Shown: positions 12,757 to 27,237 of the stretch, one piece after another | Layout of the letters: each line of letters begins with the position of its first letter | Numbering within the stretch: the first letter of the stretch is position 1 | Assembly (NCBI RefSeq): GCF_041956535.1 | Contig: NW_027192223.1 | Location: 157,952 to 221,951 of the forward strand | Reading direction: 5' to 3' | Source of the DNA: Calcarisporiella thermophila CBS 279.70 | Taxonomy: Eukaryota; Fungi; Calcarisporiellomycota | Length of the DNA stretch: 64,000 nt | The notes under the pieces: generated by a model | Databases searched by the model: none | Told to the model about the DNA's origin: nothing | What the model saw: the letters and a program-made list of their open reading frames with translations, nothing else | Position numbers and translations under genes: made by a program

Positions 12757-15331
12757 TCAAAAGGGATCCTCTTTCCAAGGATCCGTATCCGGTATCTCAT
12801 CTGCATACCCTATAGGCCCACGAACCCTTTCTTTTTCTCTATTTTCCGACCATCCGGCTTCGTCCTCCAATCCACCGGCGCTACTGTGTGACGTCACGAT
12901 TCGATCGGAGAAGAAAGTCTGGCGGAAGCTATTGGGTGGCAACTTGGAAGGCCAATCGGCCTCATGCGACAACTTCCAGCTGTGGGGGGGAATGGAGGTG
13001 GAGGGAATGGAGGTGGAGGGAATGGAGGCGGACGGAGCACCCGACCAGAATTCGCCGGTACCTACTGTGGATGTAGCCAGTGCTGTAGTGGAGATCGAGT
13101 TGGGGGGAGGAGGAGGGACTATAAAGCTCTGTGGAGATAGCTTCTCCGCCTCCTCCTCATCCCCGCGAGGCTCCACCATGTTGTGAGAGCGATCAGAAGC
13201 AAACAAATGAGGCAATTGGCTCGAGGTGGCCTCCGTTAAATTAGGCTTGGCTGTTAAATTATCCTGAGCATGGAGAACTTTCAGTTCTCCCCTCGGTCCA
13301 TTCCGCGTCACGAGGTCCACGCATCCTTCACGAAACGGTGGGTGTTGTGTCCTATGCTCTTCTGCCATCAGTGGCCCCTCTTCTTCTTCAGGTTCCTCGT
13401 CTCCTCGTAAAGCTGAGGTCAGCGCTTTTCCAAGCCACAGCGGTGAGTGTTTACCCTTCCACAGAGTTGAATATTTTGGACCGTGAATATTAAGCCTTCT
13501 CCTTGTCGGCGTTTGTAGCAGAGGTTGGCGGGATGGGTGTCGAGGAGGAGAACAGGGAACCACTGGGAAATTGTAGTCACCAAATACCATCTCTCGACTA
13601 AGAGCGTAGTATTCCTCGATGTCGTCTTCCGGATCCACATCTGGGAATCGCACGCTCTCATCCTCCCATCCAAACGATGGTGAATGGGGCTCATCGGCCC
13701 GGTACTGCGACGTTATCGATAACCCGCCTCGCTTGCCAGGACGATTATAGTATCGTGATGGTGGCCCTACTGGTTCGATCCAGTGTTTTGAAGCGCCCCC
13801 ATCAGTGTAGCGTAACCCCGCTCTGATGCGACTAGTGCGACTGACTCCTTCGGAAGGTAAACCTTCCGCTGGCTCAAAGGTGCGGTAGTTGAAGCGAGAT
13901 CCTCGCCATGTATCGAGGGTATCTTGTATAATATCTTTGACGCCGAGAGCATCTCGGAAAGCAAAATAAACTGGCATACGTGACGCTTCCATGCCTATGT
14001 CAATATAATCTTGGTAGGAGAATGCATAGCTATAAAGAGCGTGAAAAAATCATTAGCTTGGAACAAACATGGGTTGGGTTCCTCAAAGCTTTTCGACGAA
14101 GGCTTACGAATGGGCAATTGCAGCGGCTACCATCTCAAGACAAATTAAGAAATCTTGCACAGCTACGGCCATATTATCAGCAGTGTATTTCCCGGCTGCA
14201 CAAAAAAAATATTGGTATATGTTAATAGTCGTACAATAGTCAAAAGTGTAGTGATACATACTGCTGCGAATAAGGCCAATGGCAACAAGCAGAGATATAA
14301 GAACCCCCTGCCAGAAAGAAAAGAAAACGACAGATTTCACGCAAAGAAACTTGGAGAGGGGCCTAACACAAATAAAAATTATAAAAATAGACGAGTTAAT
14401 GAAATCAGAATTCCCTATTTATTCAATATATAATACATTACCTAAATGGTGCTAGATCCTCTTTTGTCGCAAGAAAGAATACCATCAGACAGTACAGGCT
14501 CAGGCAGACGCTCAAATTATAGAAGAAACTTATCCAGAAATATCCACTGGTCCAGCTTATATAGCCTTCATTGTAAAGGCCAAATATTTTCAAAACCATC
14601 GTCGCTAACGTGAGGATCAGTTTTACATAGATGAATTGCAAGATTCCACGTTTGACGAACAGAAAGCTGTACGGGTCACCAACATATATCTCTTTACGCC
14701 ACCAGTTGACAGGAAAGAGGTGCTGCGTAGGGGGTCTTGAGTGAAGCATGATAAGAAGAGCGCGTTCTCCACCTAGCAGGTATACGAGGAGGTTGAAGAA
14801 GCAATATATTACAAATGCCTGTTTAAATTCAATTTCAGTTAGACACGCACAGAATTCTACCTAAAGTTCTGTGAATTAAATTAGTAAAAATCGCATTACC
14901 TCATACATATCTCTTATAGCATCCATATAAAATGACGCGTTTGTGGACACTAAACTTATCCATGATGATAATGCATATATTGGAACCCTAAAATTAGCGA
15001 AATTAGAGATAATAGAATGGGCGATTGGAGAAGGATTGTTTTAGTCAAAATAAAAGCTTTTTATGAAAAAGATGCCTACATCCATAGAATTCTTACGGTG
15101 AAGCGTTGCAACATCTACATTTGAATAATCCAATGATATGTAGATTAGCAAAATGGATTTCTTTTAGTCATTAAAAGAATTGCCTACAGGCTTCCGATAA
15201 TTCTTTAGATGCATCCAAATGGTATGGAGGGAAATCAAGCTAGCAATGGTGGCGAAGAGACCCGCAAATCCGACCGCAACAGACCCAAGCTTAGAGCCCG
15301 CACCACCTGCGGTATCAAGGGGCAGATCCAT
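12757..15331 (-). CDS. TMEM184/OST-alpha (organic solute transporter) family membrane protein
   Basis: Exons encode 'HLKNYRKP', 'VPIYALSSW', 'RDMYEAFVIYCFF', 'KRGILQF', 'KSVVFFSFWQG' and 'QDFLICLEM'. There are six GT-AG introns and a long low-complexity C-terminal exon. Confidence 0.9.
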
Positions 15332-15663
15332 GTATGACGATTTGCAGGATGCAATTTCGATGTAGACGGAGGGAGGAAGAGTAAAGCTGAAAGGAAAGTC
15401 TGGATATTTTCATCATAGATAATTTAATCTCAAATGGACAGAGCTGCGCCTTCTGGAAGTTCCAAGATAGATCATTAACCTGTCTCGATTTTGGCATGCA
15501 ACCCTATCGAGGCTGGTAAACAGCCTCGCAACAACCCGTATTGCTCTATAAGTGTCTGAATATTTTCCGCCGAATTATCAACAGAAAATGGGATAAAATA
15601 AAAATAGTATAACCATCAGTTTATTTTAAAATAGATATAGATAAAAGGAAGACAATAAAAAAT

Positions 15664-18600
15664 TTAGGCCTTTGTTTTCTTCTTGGACTTTTTAGAATTC
15701 TTTTCCTCAGAAGTATTCTTATCGGAACGCTTTCTTTTCTTCTCCTTCCCATTCTCACCAGCAACGCTGCCGTTCTCCTTTTTGCTCTTTCCTTCCTTTT
15801 TCTCCTCCTCTTGCGATTTTGAAACAGGAGCACTTAACCGCACTCCTATGCCCAATCCATCCAACATCTGCTGGCACAACGACCTAATAGCTGGTGATGC
15901 GCTAAACCTTGCATCCTTCACAATGAGCTCTAAAATGCCCACAAGGCGCTCAACTTCCCAGGTGCTCTTGATTTTGTCCGTGGACACCAGAACCTTGCGT
16001 GTGAACCGCGTTGCAGTACCCGCGAACTTGAGGATATCCTTAAGGCGCTGTGTGTTGAGTTTGTCATCCTCGTTATGAGAGGCAATGAACGCTAAAGTCT
16101 CTAGCATTGCGTCTCGAACGCCGGTCAAAATACTATCCATGGATTTCATTTTCTTAACTTCCCCGCCACCCTGCTGTTGCTGTTGGCGTGTAACAAGGTG
16201 CTCGAGCAGTGATCGTGAAATGTGGAACGCTTGGACTTGACGGTAAGCTTTCACTGCTCCATTCGGCTTAGCATAGGTGAACAGTAAGTCAAGTAAGGGG
16301 GTGGCTGTTTGCGGATATCTTGAAACAAAATCAAGGAAGAATGCAGGCTGTAATCGACTCTGGTGCTTCGTCATGAAGTCCGTCAGCGACTCCTTATAAA
16401 TATCGATTACTCGCGTGCGAGCTTCTTGAATCCTCTTGGCCTCAGAACGCGACAACCCCTCCACCTGGTCGTCTGAATCATGACCAAAGAGTAAGACTTT
16501 GACTACCCACAAGCTCAATTGACTACATTGGGAGACAACCGCGGAGTTAGCGCCTCGCCGTGCGATTTGATGAAGCTGTTGCAACAAATCAAACAAAGAT
16601 GCCTCATCATATTGACGAGGGTATTCTTTGGCTTTTGCAAGCTTGTTTAGTATAGCATTGGCTTTGTTGGCGGCCTGTTGCTGTTCGCCGGCTGTGGATC
16701 GCGCCACGGCAAACAAGGGGAGAATCAAGTCAAAGACGAGGGGATTGGCGGATTGTTTTTTGACGAAAATATCGAGCAGATCTAAGACCTTATTCTTGAA
16801 ATGGACCATGGATTGGACAGCATCTACACGGGGCAAGATTTAGGATTAATGGGGAAAAAAAAATCAGAGGTAAAACAAAATATTAAGGCTCACCTCGTTT
16901 CTGCGACTTTTCCAATTTCTTCTGTTTAAATATCTCTGCCAATTTCTCATCGAAAGCCAGCATTTGATCATCGTTGAGTAGCTCTTCCTCCTCATTGTCC
17001 TCTTTTTCTTTCGCGCTGGCAGCTTCCGCTTCAATTTCGAGCGCTTCAGCAACCTTTCGACGGAGCTCCTCATCAACTTCTTCATCTTCTTCCTCATCTT
17101 CGCTTTCGCTTTCACTCTCCTCCTGCTCTTCATCCTCATCGAGTTCCATCATTTCGCTTAAATTCTCAGATTCAAAGAGTTCATCCTCCTCGTTCTTATT
17201 CTTAATTTCCACCACCTAAAAAGGATCAAGATAAAGATGGGTTAAAATATACTATACAGCTACAAATAGAAAAAATCACCTACCGAAACTAAAAGATCCA
17301 GAGCTGTTTTCGTGATTTGCTCACAGAACACAGTGAAAACTTGCTCTGCTAAGTTACGCAGGAGAACAGATGGCTTCGACAAAAAGCTGAGCAAAATGTC
17401 AACCAAGACTTCGATAGGCTCTGGCTCCTCTTCCATTTCCTCATCCTTGGCTATAATTAATAGGATTAATCACATTAGCTTCTACCGCCTATTTCTTCAC
17501 TCAACGAACTTTTTATACCATTTTTTGCTTTCTTTTTGGGTGTTTTTGCCTTCGTCTTTTTTGATGTTTTCTCTGGGAATACCTTCGGATAACATTTCTC
17601 TAATTCTAACAGAACTCCTGTTGCCTCATCCTCCGCCGTCCATACTTGAAGTAGGACATGAACTAATAAAAGTTCGAATCCGCGGTGCTTTGAATCAGTA
17701 ACCTCCTCATCCTGGGCTCTTTTGCGAATCTTTTCAAGCATAAAAATGGCATTCTGGCGTGTCTCTGTTGCGTCATCGGATAGTTCCACTGTACATTCAA
17801 GCCCTTTCATCCCGCTGAGAGATTCGATCTTCCGGAGAGCAGCGTATGCCCAGAATTCCCCGTCATTCATTGTACCGTTCAACATTCGGCTCAATGGGCC
17901 TGCGCGTTGTTTAGACAAGGGGGGCATTGTCGATAACTCGCCCAATAATCCATAAAATCTCTCGCGGCACACATGTCGAGTCGCAGCTGTTAACTCTGGA
18001 TTAGGCTTTGTAAACTGCTTCGTGGCGGGGGCGGATGATATTTGGAAGAATGCGTGAACAGTAACAAACTCTAGAATAGTGGAAATCCAGGTTTCGTCCT
18101 TTGGAACACGTGGGTTTCTCACCAGAGCAAACATTTGATCGATAGCCCATTGTCGGTGAAGTTCAATCTTGCGCTGGCGACTTTCATTACTTTCCTCGCT
18201 ATATAAAATATATTTTTAGTGTTTAGTAGTTTTATCCATCGACAACTGACATCGTACCTATCGTCCGAGACTTGTTGTGTGAACACGTTCATTAAATATT
18301 TCAAATAGCTCATTACACCCTCCACATCCATGCTCGCTACGATAGTCTCCACTGTCTTTGTTTTGGTGATGCGATCAAAGTTTTGATTGCCGTGTTTACC
18401 GAGAAGTTGTGTCACAAGTATAAATCCGACCTGTTTGTTCTCTTCTGCGACTTTATGGATGATATTCATCTAGATAGAGACATATTAACATATAAGAATA
18501 ATCGTAACATTAGGAATCATAATTTACCGTATGCCGGGCAGCCTTATTCAAGAAGCGATCATCTGAAGACAAATTATTGATAAAGCAGCGCATAAAATTT

Positions 18601-20012
18601 GGGGTAAAGAGCAGAGGCATTTGGTCGTGTGGAAGTCGTGGAAGCAAATACTCGAATAGTTGGAATCCCCAGTATTTACGTTCATGGGACGCATTCGTAT
18701 CAAAGAGAACATCTGTCAGATATAAATAAAGCAATGAGATAAAGTACTAAAAAATTATGTTAATAGCTTACCATCAACGGCAGCTCTCCAAAAGTCCTGT
18801 AGAGAGACTCGTGGCTCCTTAACCTCCAACTTGTTTTTCTTTTTTTGCTCGTCATTTTTGGGCTGGTTAGCCTCCAATATTACAGAAATCACTCGATGCC
18901 AAGCCGAGTGAATTTGTGGCTTCCAAGTCGACGCTACTGGTACATTTTCAGTTGGGGAAGCTTTAAGTACCCGAGCAAGAGAGTTCAAATTGGAAGGATG
19001 AAGGATATCTCCGTGTTTCCAGTTTTGAAGGCATGAATTCCAGTCAATATCCTAAATTCGTCATTAAAATCGCTGTTATGGATTTTTACATCATATTTCG
19101 AATCTCGTTAGACAAGCTACCTTGTAATTTTCTTTTAGAGCCATAGCAACATAGAGTTGATCAGGAGTCTGTACCCCCTTAAGAACCCTCTCAGTCATAA
19201 ATTGTGTAATTTCTTCACCATAGGAAGATTTTTTGAACTGGTTATAGGAAGAGAAAAAAATTAACATATATGTGATAAGTTAGCCATCACAAAAATATTA
19301 ATCGCTTACATGAGGGATTGCAGAGGCGATCACATGATAGCAGGTTTCAGAAAGATAAGACTTGGATTCGGCGCACTCTAATAGACCTTCCACCAAGCAT
19401 TTTGCATCCTCTAGACTTGTGCTAGGTCTTTCTAGTAAACCTGCTTCTACTATACTCATGAATCCGAATATTCGCCCGAAAAGCATATCACGTTCTTCCT
19501 ATAATAGTAAGCCTATTATACAAATGTTTGCAAAGAGAATGTGGTGAATTGCTTATTACATCTCCCTTCATTCCGCCAGAGATTGCGGTGTACTTATACA
19601 GCATATCCAATACGAGTTTAGCTGTCATGAAATCCAGTTGTAGCAACAACTATGTGGAACAGTTAGGTTAGTTTGAAATTATCCTAGAATTAATAGAGCA
19701 TTTAAAACATTAAGCGAAATGAAGGTTCACCTCTGTCAGGGCTAGCGAAAAACCTTGACGAGCACCCAAACGCGAGCTCGGCAGCCCGCGGATAAGACGT
19801 TTTACGGCATAGGACACATCGGTAGCACATAACTCATCCAGCTTTTTTTCCGATAATGTCTCTTTAAGCAGTTCATTATATCGAGCCCCAAGCTCTGCAA
19901 GATGCGCCTTCTGAAATGTGGTTAAGGAACGGATGAGGGATTGGGCAGCCTTTTCTCGTACTTCTTTATTGACCGACGCCAAGTCCCAGAAGAGGGAGAG
20001 GGTCGTAGACAT
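15664..20012 (-). CDS. POL5: Pol5/MYBBP1A (DNA polymerase phi family), rRNA/60S biogenesis factor
   Basis: N-terminal 'LFWDLAS...YAVKRLIRGLPSSRLGARQGFSLALTE' motif, then 'LFGRIFG', 'ERKYWGFQL', an acidic region, 'HFKNKVLDLLDIF' and a Lys-rich tail. About 10 exons. Confidence 0.92.
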
Positions 20013-20140
20013 GGTTGAATGATACGTGAATGATACCCACTAATTGATTAAAATTTACTATGGGAATCAGATTCCCCGAGTTTTGATACGTCTACCGTTA
20101 GATGAATGGTGAGATATGTGGAAAAACTAACTGTGCTTCT

Positions 20141-20193
20141 TGAAAAATTTTTAGGTATTAGAAGTAAACAAAGAGTCACAGTAGGCAGTCACT
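20141..20193. promoter_or_regulatory. RRPE-like (TGAAAAATTTTT) and Homol-D-like (GAGTCACA, CAGTCACT) motifs in the POL5/GLN4 divergent promoter
   Basis: TGAAAAATTTTT at 20141-20152, GAGTCACA at 20173-20180 and CAGTCACT at 20186-20193, all inside a 318-bp divergent intergenic region. Confidence 0.45.
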
Positions 20194-20330
20194 CACCTTT
20201 CCCTGAATTCAAGTTTCAGAACAATATTTGGATGATTTATTTTGACGGATTTTGTTTGCATTTTTGTTATTTAATAGCGGAAACGCGAACAAGTCGTAAA
20301 ACTTATACAATTGATCTTTCATACAACCAA

Positions 20331-22986
20331 ATGGACGATCTTGTTGAGCTTTTCCAAAAAGTAGGTCTCTCTGAGCAGAAAGCGAAGGAGACTGCTAAAA
20401 ACAAGAAGCTTGCTCCGAATCTAAGAGATGCAATTGCAGAGGCAGGATTTACTGAAACCGGATGTGATAAACCAAAAGGGGTGCTATTATATACACTTGC
20501 TTCCACAATTACCAAGGAAGCACTTCCACACCTTGCATATATCGCACGTGCGATCCGAGATGACCGCTTGCAGACTGCTGATCAAGTATCTGGTAATCGT
20601 TTTTCTTGCCATTCGCAACACCAATTTATTATCTATGCTAATCACATCCTATCTCTACTAAAGCCGCTATTAAATTTGCTGCCCAATCCGGTCCTACAAT
20701 CGAAGATGGAAGTTTCGATGAGGCATGTGGTGTCGGAGTTGTAGTATCGCCTGAAGATATCAAACGCGAGATAGCTGCCTTTGTAGAAGCAAACCGCGAA
20801 ACCATTGTTCGTGACCGCTATCGAGTTCAGATGCCACTATTAGGTAAATTGCGTTCAGTCCCTGGATTAAAGTGGGCACCACAGGCCGATGTCCGTGAGG
20901 AGTGGGAAAAGCAATTTTTGGTTATAGTTGGTCCAAAAGACGAACGTGATGCTCCCCAAAAGGTAAATGAAATATTTTCCGAAATTAATTCAATGCAATT
21001 AACACAATCATGAATTCTCTACCGTTATCACTTTAGAAAAAGACCGAAGCAAAACCAAAGAAAGAAGCGGCCCCAGTTAATGAAGAGGAGCCTAATCTGG
21101 CAAACCTTTTCTTCGAGGGCGAGCTTGCCCGTATGCATAAGCCAGGAGAGAACAAACAGATCAAAGCATCACTAATGGAAGAGCATCTAAAAGCAACCGG
21201 TGGTAAGGTTATGACCCGATTCCCACCTGAACCCAATGGTTTTCTTCATATTGGCCACGCTAAGTCAATCAATATCAATTTCGGATATGCCAGGTAATTC
21301 AAATTTCCTACAATTCTCTATGAACTCAATCTAATTCCTATTTCTCTTAGAGCTCATAATGGTCTTTGCTATCTACGTTATGATGACACAAATCCAGAGG
21401 CAGAAGAAGAGCGCTACTTCACTTCTATTCTGGAAACTGTTAGATGGCTAGGATTTGAACCTTTTAAAATTACCTATTCGAGTGACTACTTCCAGAAATT
21501 GTACGAGCTGGCCGTTGATTTAATCAGACGGGACAAAGCCTACATTTGCCACTGTACACCAGAAGAAATTCATGCAAATCGCGGAGGCGAAGAGCGTGGC
21601 CCACGTCGTGCTTGTGTACACCGCACTCGTCCAATCTCGGAGTCCCTTGCTGAATTTGAGAAGATGAAGGAGGGTCGATATAAGGAAGGAGAGGCTGTTC
21701 TCCGAATGAAGATGAACCTTGAAGATGGCAACCCTCAGATGTGGGATCTAATTGCATATCGTGTCAAATTTGCTCCTCATCATCGCACTGGTTCGGACTG
21801 GTGCATTTATCCAACCTACGACTACACTCACTGCTTGTGCGACTCTTTTGAGAATATTACGCATTCTCTGTGTACCCTTGAATTCCGTCAGAGCCGTGAA
21901 TCATACTACTGGTTGTGTGATGCACTTGAAGTCTACAAACCAGTTCAGTGGGAGTTTGGACGCTTAAATGTTACAAATACGGTGCTAAGCAAGAGAAAAG
22001 TTTTGAAATTGGTCAATGAAGGCTACGTAGACGGGTGGGATGATCCACGTCTCTTCACACTTGAGGCATTACGACGTCGTGGAGTTCCTCCGGAAGCAAT
22101 TAATCAGTTCGTGCTAGAGCTTGGTGTCACTACAAGCAATACCACTATAGATGTTGCTAGATTGGATTGGCACACCCGCAATTATTTGGACAAGAATGCT
22201 CCGCGTTTGATGGCAGTACTAGAGCCAATACGTATTACCCTTGAGAACCTGCCCGAGGATCATCTTGAGGAACTGACGGTGCCGAACAAGCCGCGGGATC
22301 CATCGATGGGCGAGCACAAGGTTCCCTTCACACGCAAACTATTTATCGATGCCTCTGATTTTAGAGAAGAAGACTCGGCCGACTACTACCGTCTTGCACC
22401 CGGGAAAACGGTAGGATTGCTCCATGTCCCACACCCTATCACCTGCACTCGTGTCATCAAGGATGATGCAGGCAAAATAGTAGAATTGGTATGCCGCTAT
22501 GAAATGGAAGCAACTAAGAAGCCAAAGACTTACATCCAATGGGTTGCGGATTCGCCCACTCATGGATCTCCAGTTGCACTTGACGAAGTGCGCCTGTATG
22601 AAATATTCTTCATGCATCCAAATCCTCAGGACAAATCAGCAGTTCCTAGAGGTTGGCTCTCGGACATCAATCCTAACTCGCTTCACGTGATCCGCGGTGC
22701 CATTGCTGAGGTAGGCTTGTGGGATCTGCTCAGACGGTGGTTGGATCGCACGGGCGGTATCAACCCTGAGACCTTTGCGTTCCAGATGGTACGCAATGGA
22801 TATTTCTGTCTAGACAAGGACACCGACTTGGGGTTGGACAACATTAAGAATGGAAAGCCTGTGAGCGAATCTGTCAAGAAACTTGTATTAAATCGGACAG
22901 TGACACTTAAAGAGGATGGTGGTAAAGATACAGCGAATGGAAAACCCAGGGCTGGTTTCGAAGATCCTAGAAAGAAAAAGAAATAG
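20331..22986 (+). CDS. GLN4: Glutaminyl-tRNA synthetase
   Basis: Eukaryotic N-terminal domain, '[17 protein letters not shown]' (HIGH motif), 'LRYDDTNP', 'VLSKRK' and an anticodon-binding domain. Three GT-AG introns. Confidence 0.97.
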
Positions 22987-23440
22987 AGGATTATTCTATT
23001 GAAACTTTCTAGCACGAAGTATCTTAATGGGTTTCAATCCATACGATTTTTTTTGTTTGTTTTTTTTTGGTTTATAAAGATGTTTCCCTTTGAACATAGT
23101 ATTTGATGGAATGTCACTTGATAATTAAAGCTTGAGTAATACTACATATCAATTTAAAAGAAAATTTATTTGCAATAGAAATCTTGCAATGTTGAATATT
23201 CATTAATCCATTGGAGGATAACACCATAATATCTCACCAATTCCCCGGCATCATCCCGATTTATCTGCCTCATATATGCACGCTTAAAATTTCAGGTGTT
23301 CGAAATGATTTAGAGGTGAAATCGAAAAATAGGTTGCCAAATCCATATATACGATTAAATAGTGTTTCGTCACGATTTCATATATACGCGTTCAAAATAG
23401 ACAATTTAATTTTCACTTTTTTATAACATTATTTGGAGGA

Positions 23441-26400
23441 ATGGACCAACAAGATAAGAAGCTAAGGAAATGTCCGACTACTCCTCATGCTCTATTATGG
23501 TCTGACGCCGGTCAAGTTGCCGTAATTGCCTCGAGTAGAATTTATATTCTGGTACTTAAATAAATCTCACTCCTTTTTCGTAACCATTTGCTGAATTCTA
23601 TGTCTATTCCAGACTCCAGCTTTTCGAAGCCTGGCGCAAAAAGAATGTAAAGTTACTCAACTCCCAGAATTAAATCAAGTCGCTGGTGAGGAAGTTTCGT
23701 GTAGTGGTAATATAAAAGTTTTTTATCTCGATGATTAAATTATCATTCGAAAAATATTATCGATTACCTATTCCTCGTGATAGAATCAGAGTTGGCCCAA
23801 TATTTCTCTCCTGAGGTTTATCAATGCGCTTCATGGTCACCGCCTGCCGCATTTGATGGATTTGGGTTAGTTCTGAAAAGCATGCTATTCCATTCTTTTC
23901 ATAACACTTGATGAATTCTCTGACTTTTATCACTTTGTTAATCAGTTCTCTGCTGGCAGTTACAACTACCAAGAATCGAGCCTTTATTTACGGTCCACGT
24001 GAGCATCCCCACAATTCCACATGGAACACATTGGTAAGCAATTTTGATCTGAGGTTATCTATATCTTTGAAAACTTGGGAATTCTTATTATTTTTAACAT
24101 TTTGTCCTAGATACATGATTTTGCATCCTCGCTTAAACGAATCCCTGGACACAACTCCTCAGAATCACTTGAGTCAACTGGTATTTTTTTGAATAATTTA
24201 AATAACTAGATATAATTTAATTAATAGCCTGTTTCATGTTGGTAGCTATTGCTTGGTCGAAGCCATGCATTTTCTATCAACGAAGATCACCGATATCTAT
24301 GATTGCGCTTGGAAATAAAAATGGAGGCGTTACGTTATGGAGGTAAGCCATCACTATTCTATTTAATGGTCATTTCAGCTAATAAAATCTCTTCTACTAT
24401 AAAGCTTTTATTATAAAGCAACTTATTCTTGTGAATTTAACACTCAGGTAAATTGTGTCAAAGCACTGGCTTGGTCACCCTGGCGCCCAATTGACCAAAC
24501 CTCATGTAAGTCAATTTTATGAACTCCTTAGTAAAGAGGTATGAAAATTTTCTTTTCTTCCCTAGGTATTTCGTACCTTGCGACTGCAAATTTAGATGGT
24601 ACTGTCAACGTATGGGCTATTGTTGCAAAGCTAGAGCAAGAGCATAAAAATACAATACCTGCAGCGGGAGCGTCGATAACTCTAACTCGGAAACTGTCCA
24701 GTGCAAATGGTCGGTGTCCAACCTTGTTACAATGGCTGCCTGATACACAAGTGAGTCTAATATGTCGCCCACCCATATATTAATATAAAGTTTCATGCTG
24801 CCCTTTGCATATTTCACTTAGAGCAATGAGCCTATTTTACGTCTCGTAGTTGTTACTGGAAACCATATATTTTTATATATTTTAACACTGGAGGAAGACA
24901 AGATTTTAGCCCGGGATGTAGATGTGCGCATATATAACATTCCTCTCTCTATGCCAATATCAGGTGCTTGTAAAATATTATAGTGTAGACATAATTTCCT
25001 AATCATCCATATTTTAGCTATCTCCTGGGACCCGATTAATGAACGACTTGTATTGGTAACGCTTGACGGAAAAATGCGAATATTAACTGTGCTCCCTGAT
25101 CATCAACTGCAGGCGGATGAAACCGAATCGAGCGGAATTTCTCAACTAATTACGTCTCTATGGCAAAATATTAAAATAGAAGACGAGAACTCAGAAAATG
25201 AAGACGATGAAGGCGGCGAAGGGGCTGCAAAATACTCAGCAAATGCTATGCAACTTCGTTTTTGGGGAATAGACACATCTGAAAACGGAGCTTTCATTTC
25301 AGTCGCATACTCGTAAGTGAATTTTTTTGTCCAATTTTAATATCTTTTACTATCACTGCCGTGGAATGTACTTGCCAACTCATGTTTATTGTTTTTTGCA
25401 ACATGAAAGAGTGGCAAACGTAAAAGATATTGAATACAAATCAGACAAGCATTTCATCTTTAATGTCAGTTTCCGAGCATCGACTCAGCTCCAACTTGGA
25501 ACACAACATTGGGAAAAAATGATTAAGAGACTTCGAGATAGGGTTACACATCCAGATCTAGGTATTTTCTGAGTATTGTCATCAGCGTCTACAAATTAGA
25601 TATATGCTTATTTTATATTAATAGCTGTAAGATCATCCTCCATCAACACTCTCTGGGAAATTCTTGAACTCACTCAATCAGAGCCAGGAGCTTTCCTTCA
25701 AATTGCTGAAATGTTGCGCGAAATATATCTTGTGTCGAACTCTGCTTTTTCCGAGCCAATACTGAGTGAAAACGCTGATTTAAATGACCGGTACGCCATT
25801 TGTATACCGATGCCTGAATTCATCTAGAATCTTAGGATATTAAATATCTTAATTTTAGTTTGAAACAAGATTTAATTTTTAAGCAACAGTGGATGGATAT
25901 ATTTTATGGTGATGCAGGCATTTCTGCTATTCAGCTAATGTGCCACTTGAATACGCGGCAAAAGGTATGTAGTGTGAATTAGCATTAATTTTTTAATTCA
26001 AATGCTGAGAAATTTATGTTCTTTCTTTTAGCAAATGTCTGTCCAGGATACAGCACTACTCACAAGCAATAGTACACTTTTGACTGACGCGGCTAAACGC
26101 GATAATGAGCAACTCTTAATTCGTCATCATGTAAAGAGCATTTTGACGCTTGGGAACTGGTGTATCAAAAACGGCATCAATATCACTCATAGTAAGAGTC
26201 ACTTTATATCTATGCCTTTAGATTGTCAGAGTTTTGAAAAAAAAATTTTTTTCATTTAGGCACCGATTTCATGATATTAATTTGCGCGTGTGATTTTGCA
26301 CTGAAATACGGAGACCAAGAGGACCGTAATCTTCAGTTATTGCTCGTCTCAACTCTCGACTATTTAGATAAAATCCCATCCGACCGCAAACTGTTTCAAG

Positions 26401-26944
26401 ATTTAGAACGAGAACGAAAAGCTGCAGAAGAAATGAAAACCAGAGAAAAAGGCGCACCGGTAGAATTACCTTCCCACGAAAACTGCCCTGCTTGTGATAC
26501 AGATATCTTTTTTTTACCTTAACATAATGAATGAAGCATAATAGTCATAATAACATCAAAATTGGCCTTCCCGATATTACCTTAATTTTTTCTTTTTGCC
26601 TTTTCTACGCATAGTCACCAGTTCACCAAAGATCGGGGTTTGTGGTAATGGACACATGTGGGGTAATTAGAGCAATCAGATATTTTAACAAATTATATAT
26701 AGTGCTATTAATCTGCTTATTTCCGTTTACTTTTGTTTTAGAGCGATGTTCAATTACGTTGACATTACTGCTTGAGCGAAATACCCAATTTTGCCTGGGC
26801 TGTCCTCGAAAAGCATGTGCCCCACTCCAAGACGATAAAATCAAAGGAGATACTCAGCCAGTCTTAATGAATGCATTATTAGAAATTTGTAAGCAGTGTC
26901 TATACTGCGGGAGTATGCTTTCGGGAAAGATGCATCATTTATAG
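23441..26944 (+). CDS. RNA Pol III transcription factor TFIIIC delta/Tfc8 (GTF3C4)-like subunit with WD-type N-terminus and C-terminal zinc finger
   Basis: N-terminal 'P..PHALLWSDAGQVAV', WD-like 'IAWS' and 'LAWSPW' motifs. C-terminal 'ENCPAC..x..CGNGHMWERCSIT...CLGC...CLYCG'. About 17 exons, one junction apparently AT-AC. Confidence 0.75.
26503..26608 (+). other. Candidate U12-type AT-AC intron (106 nt)
   Basis: 5' end ATATCTTT, branch-like TTACCTTAAT at 26577-26586, 3' end CTAC. Splicing gives in-frame CPACDT-G-IVTSSPKIGVCGNGHMW and keeps the zinc-finger cysteines. Confidence 0.75.
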
Positions 26945-27237
26945 ATAAATGCTTAAGGTTCTAATAAAGCTACATATAAATTTTTAAATTTATATATGAA
27001 TGATATTTTGAACAAAATGTCTACATCCAAATATAATAAAAAAATCGCCTCCCTTCATTTATTGAGTTCTCTGACTAACTATTTTACAAGTTATCTCAGT
27101 GCAATTACCATATTGAGCCCAAAGAATATAAATGAGAGGGAGGTACCATCATCATTTTAGCATTGGTTAATAGCTGTACAGGTTTAGTGAATAAAAAGAA
27201 AATGACATGATAAATAATCCAGAGTTCTTTGAAGTAA

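Noticed and set aside
12989-13029. 15-bp tandem repeat
   Set aside because: Coding low-complexity (SIPST)n in the TMEM184 tail; unremarkable.
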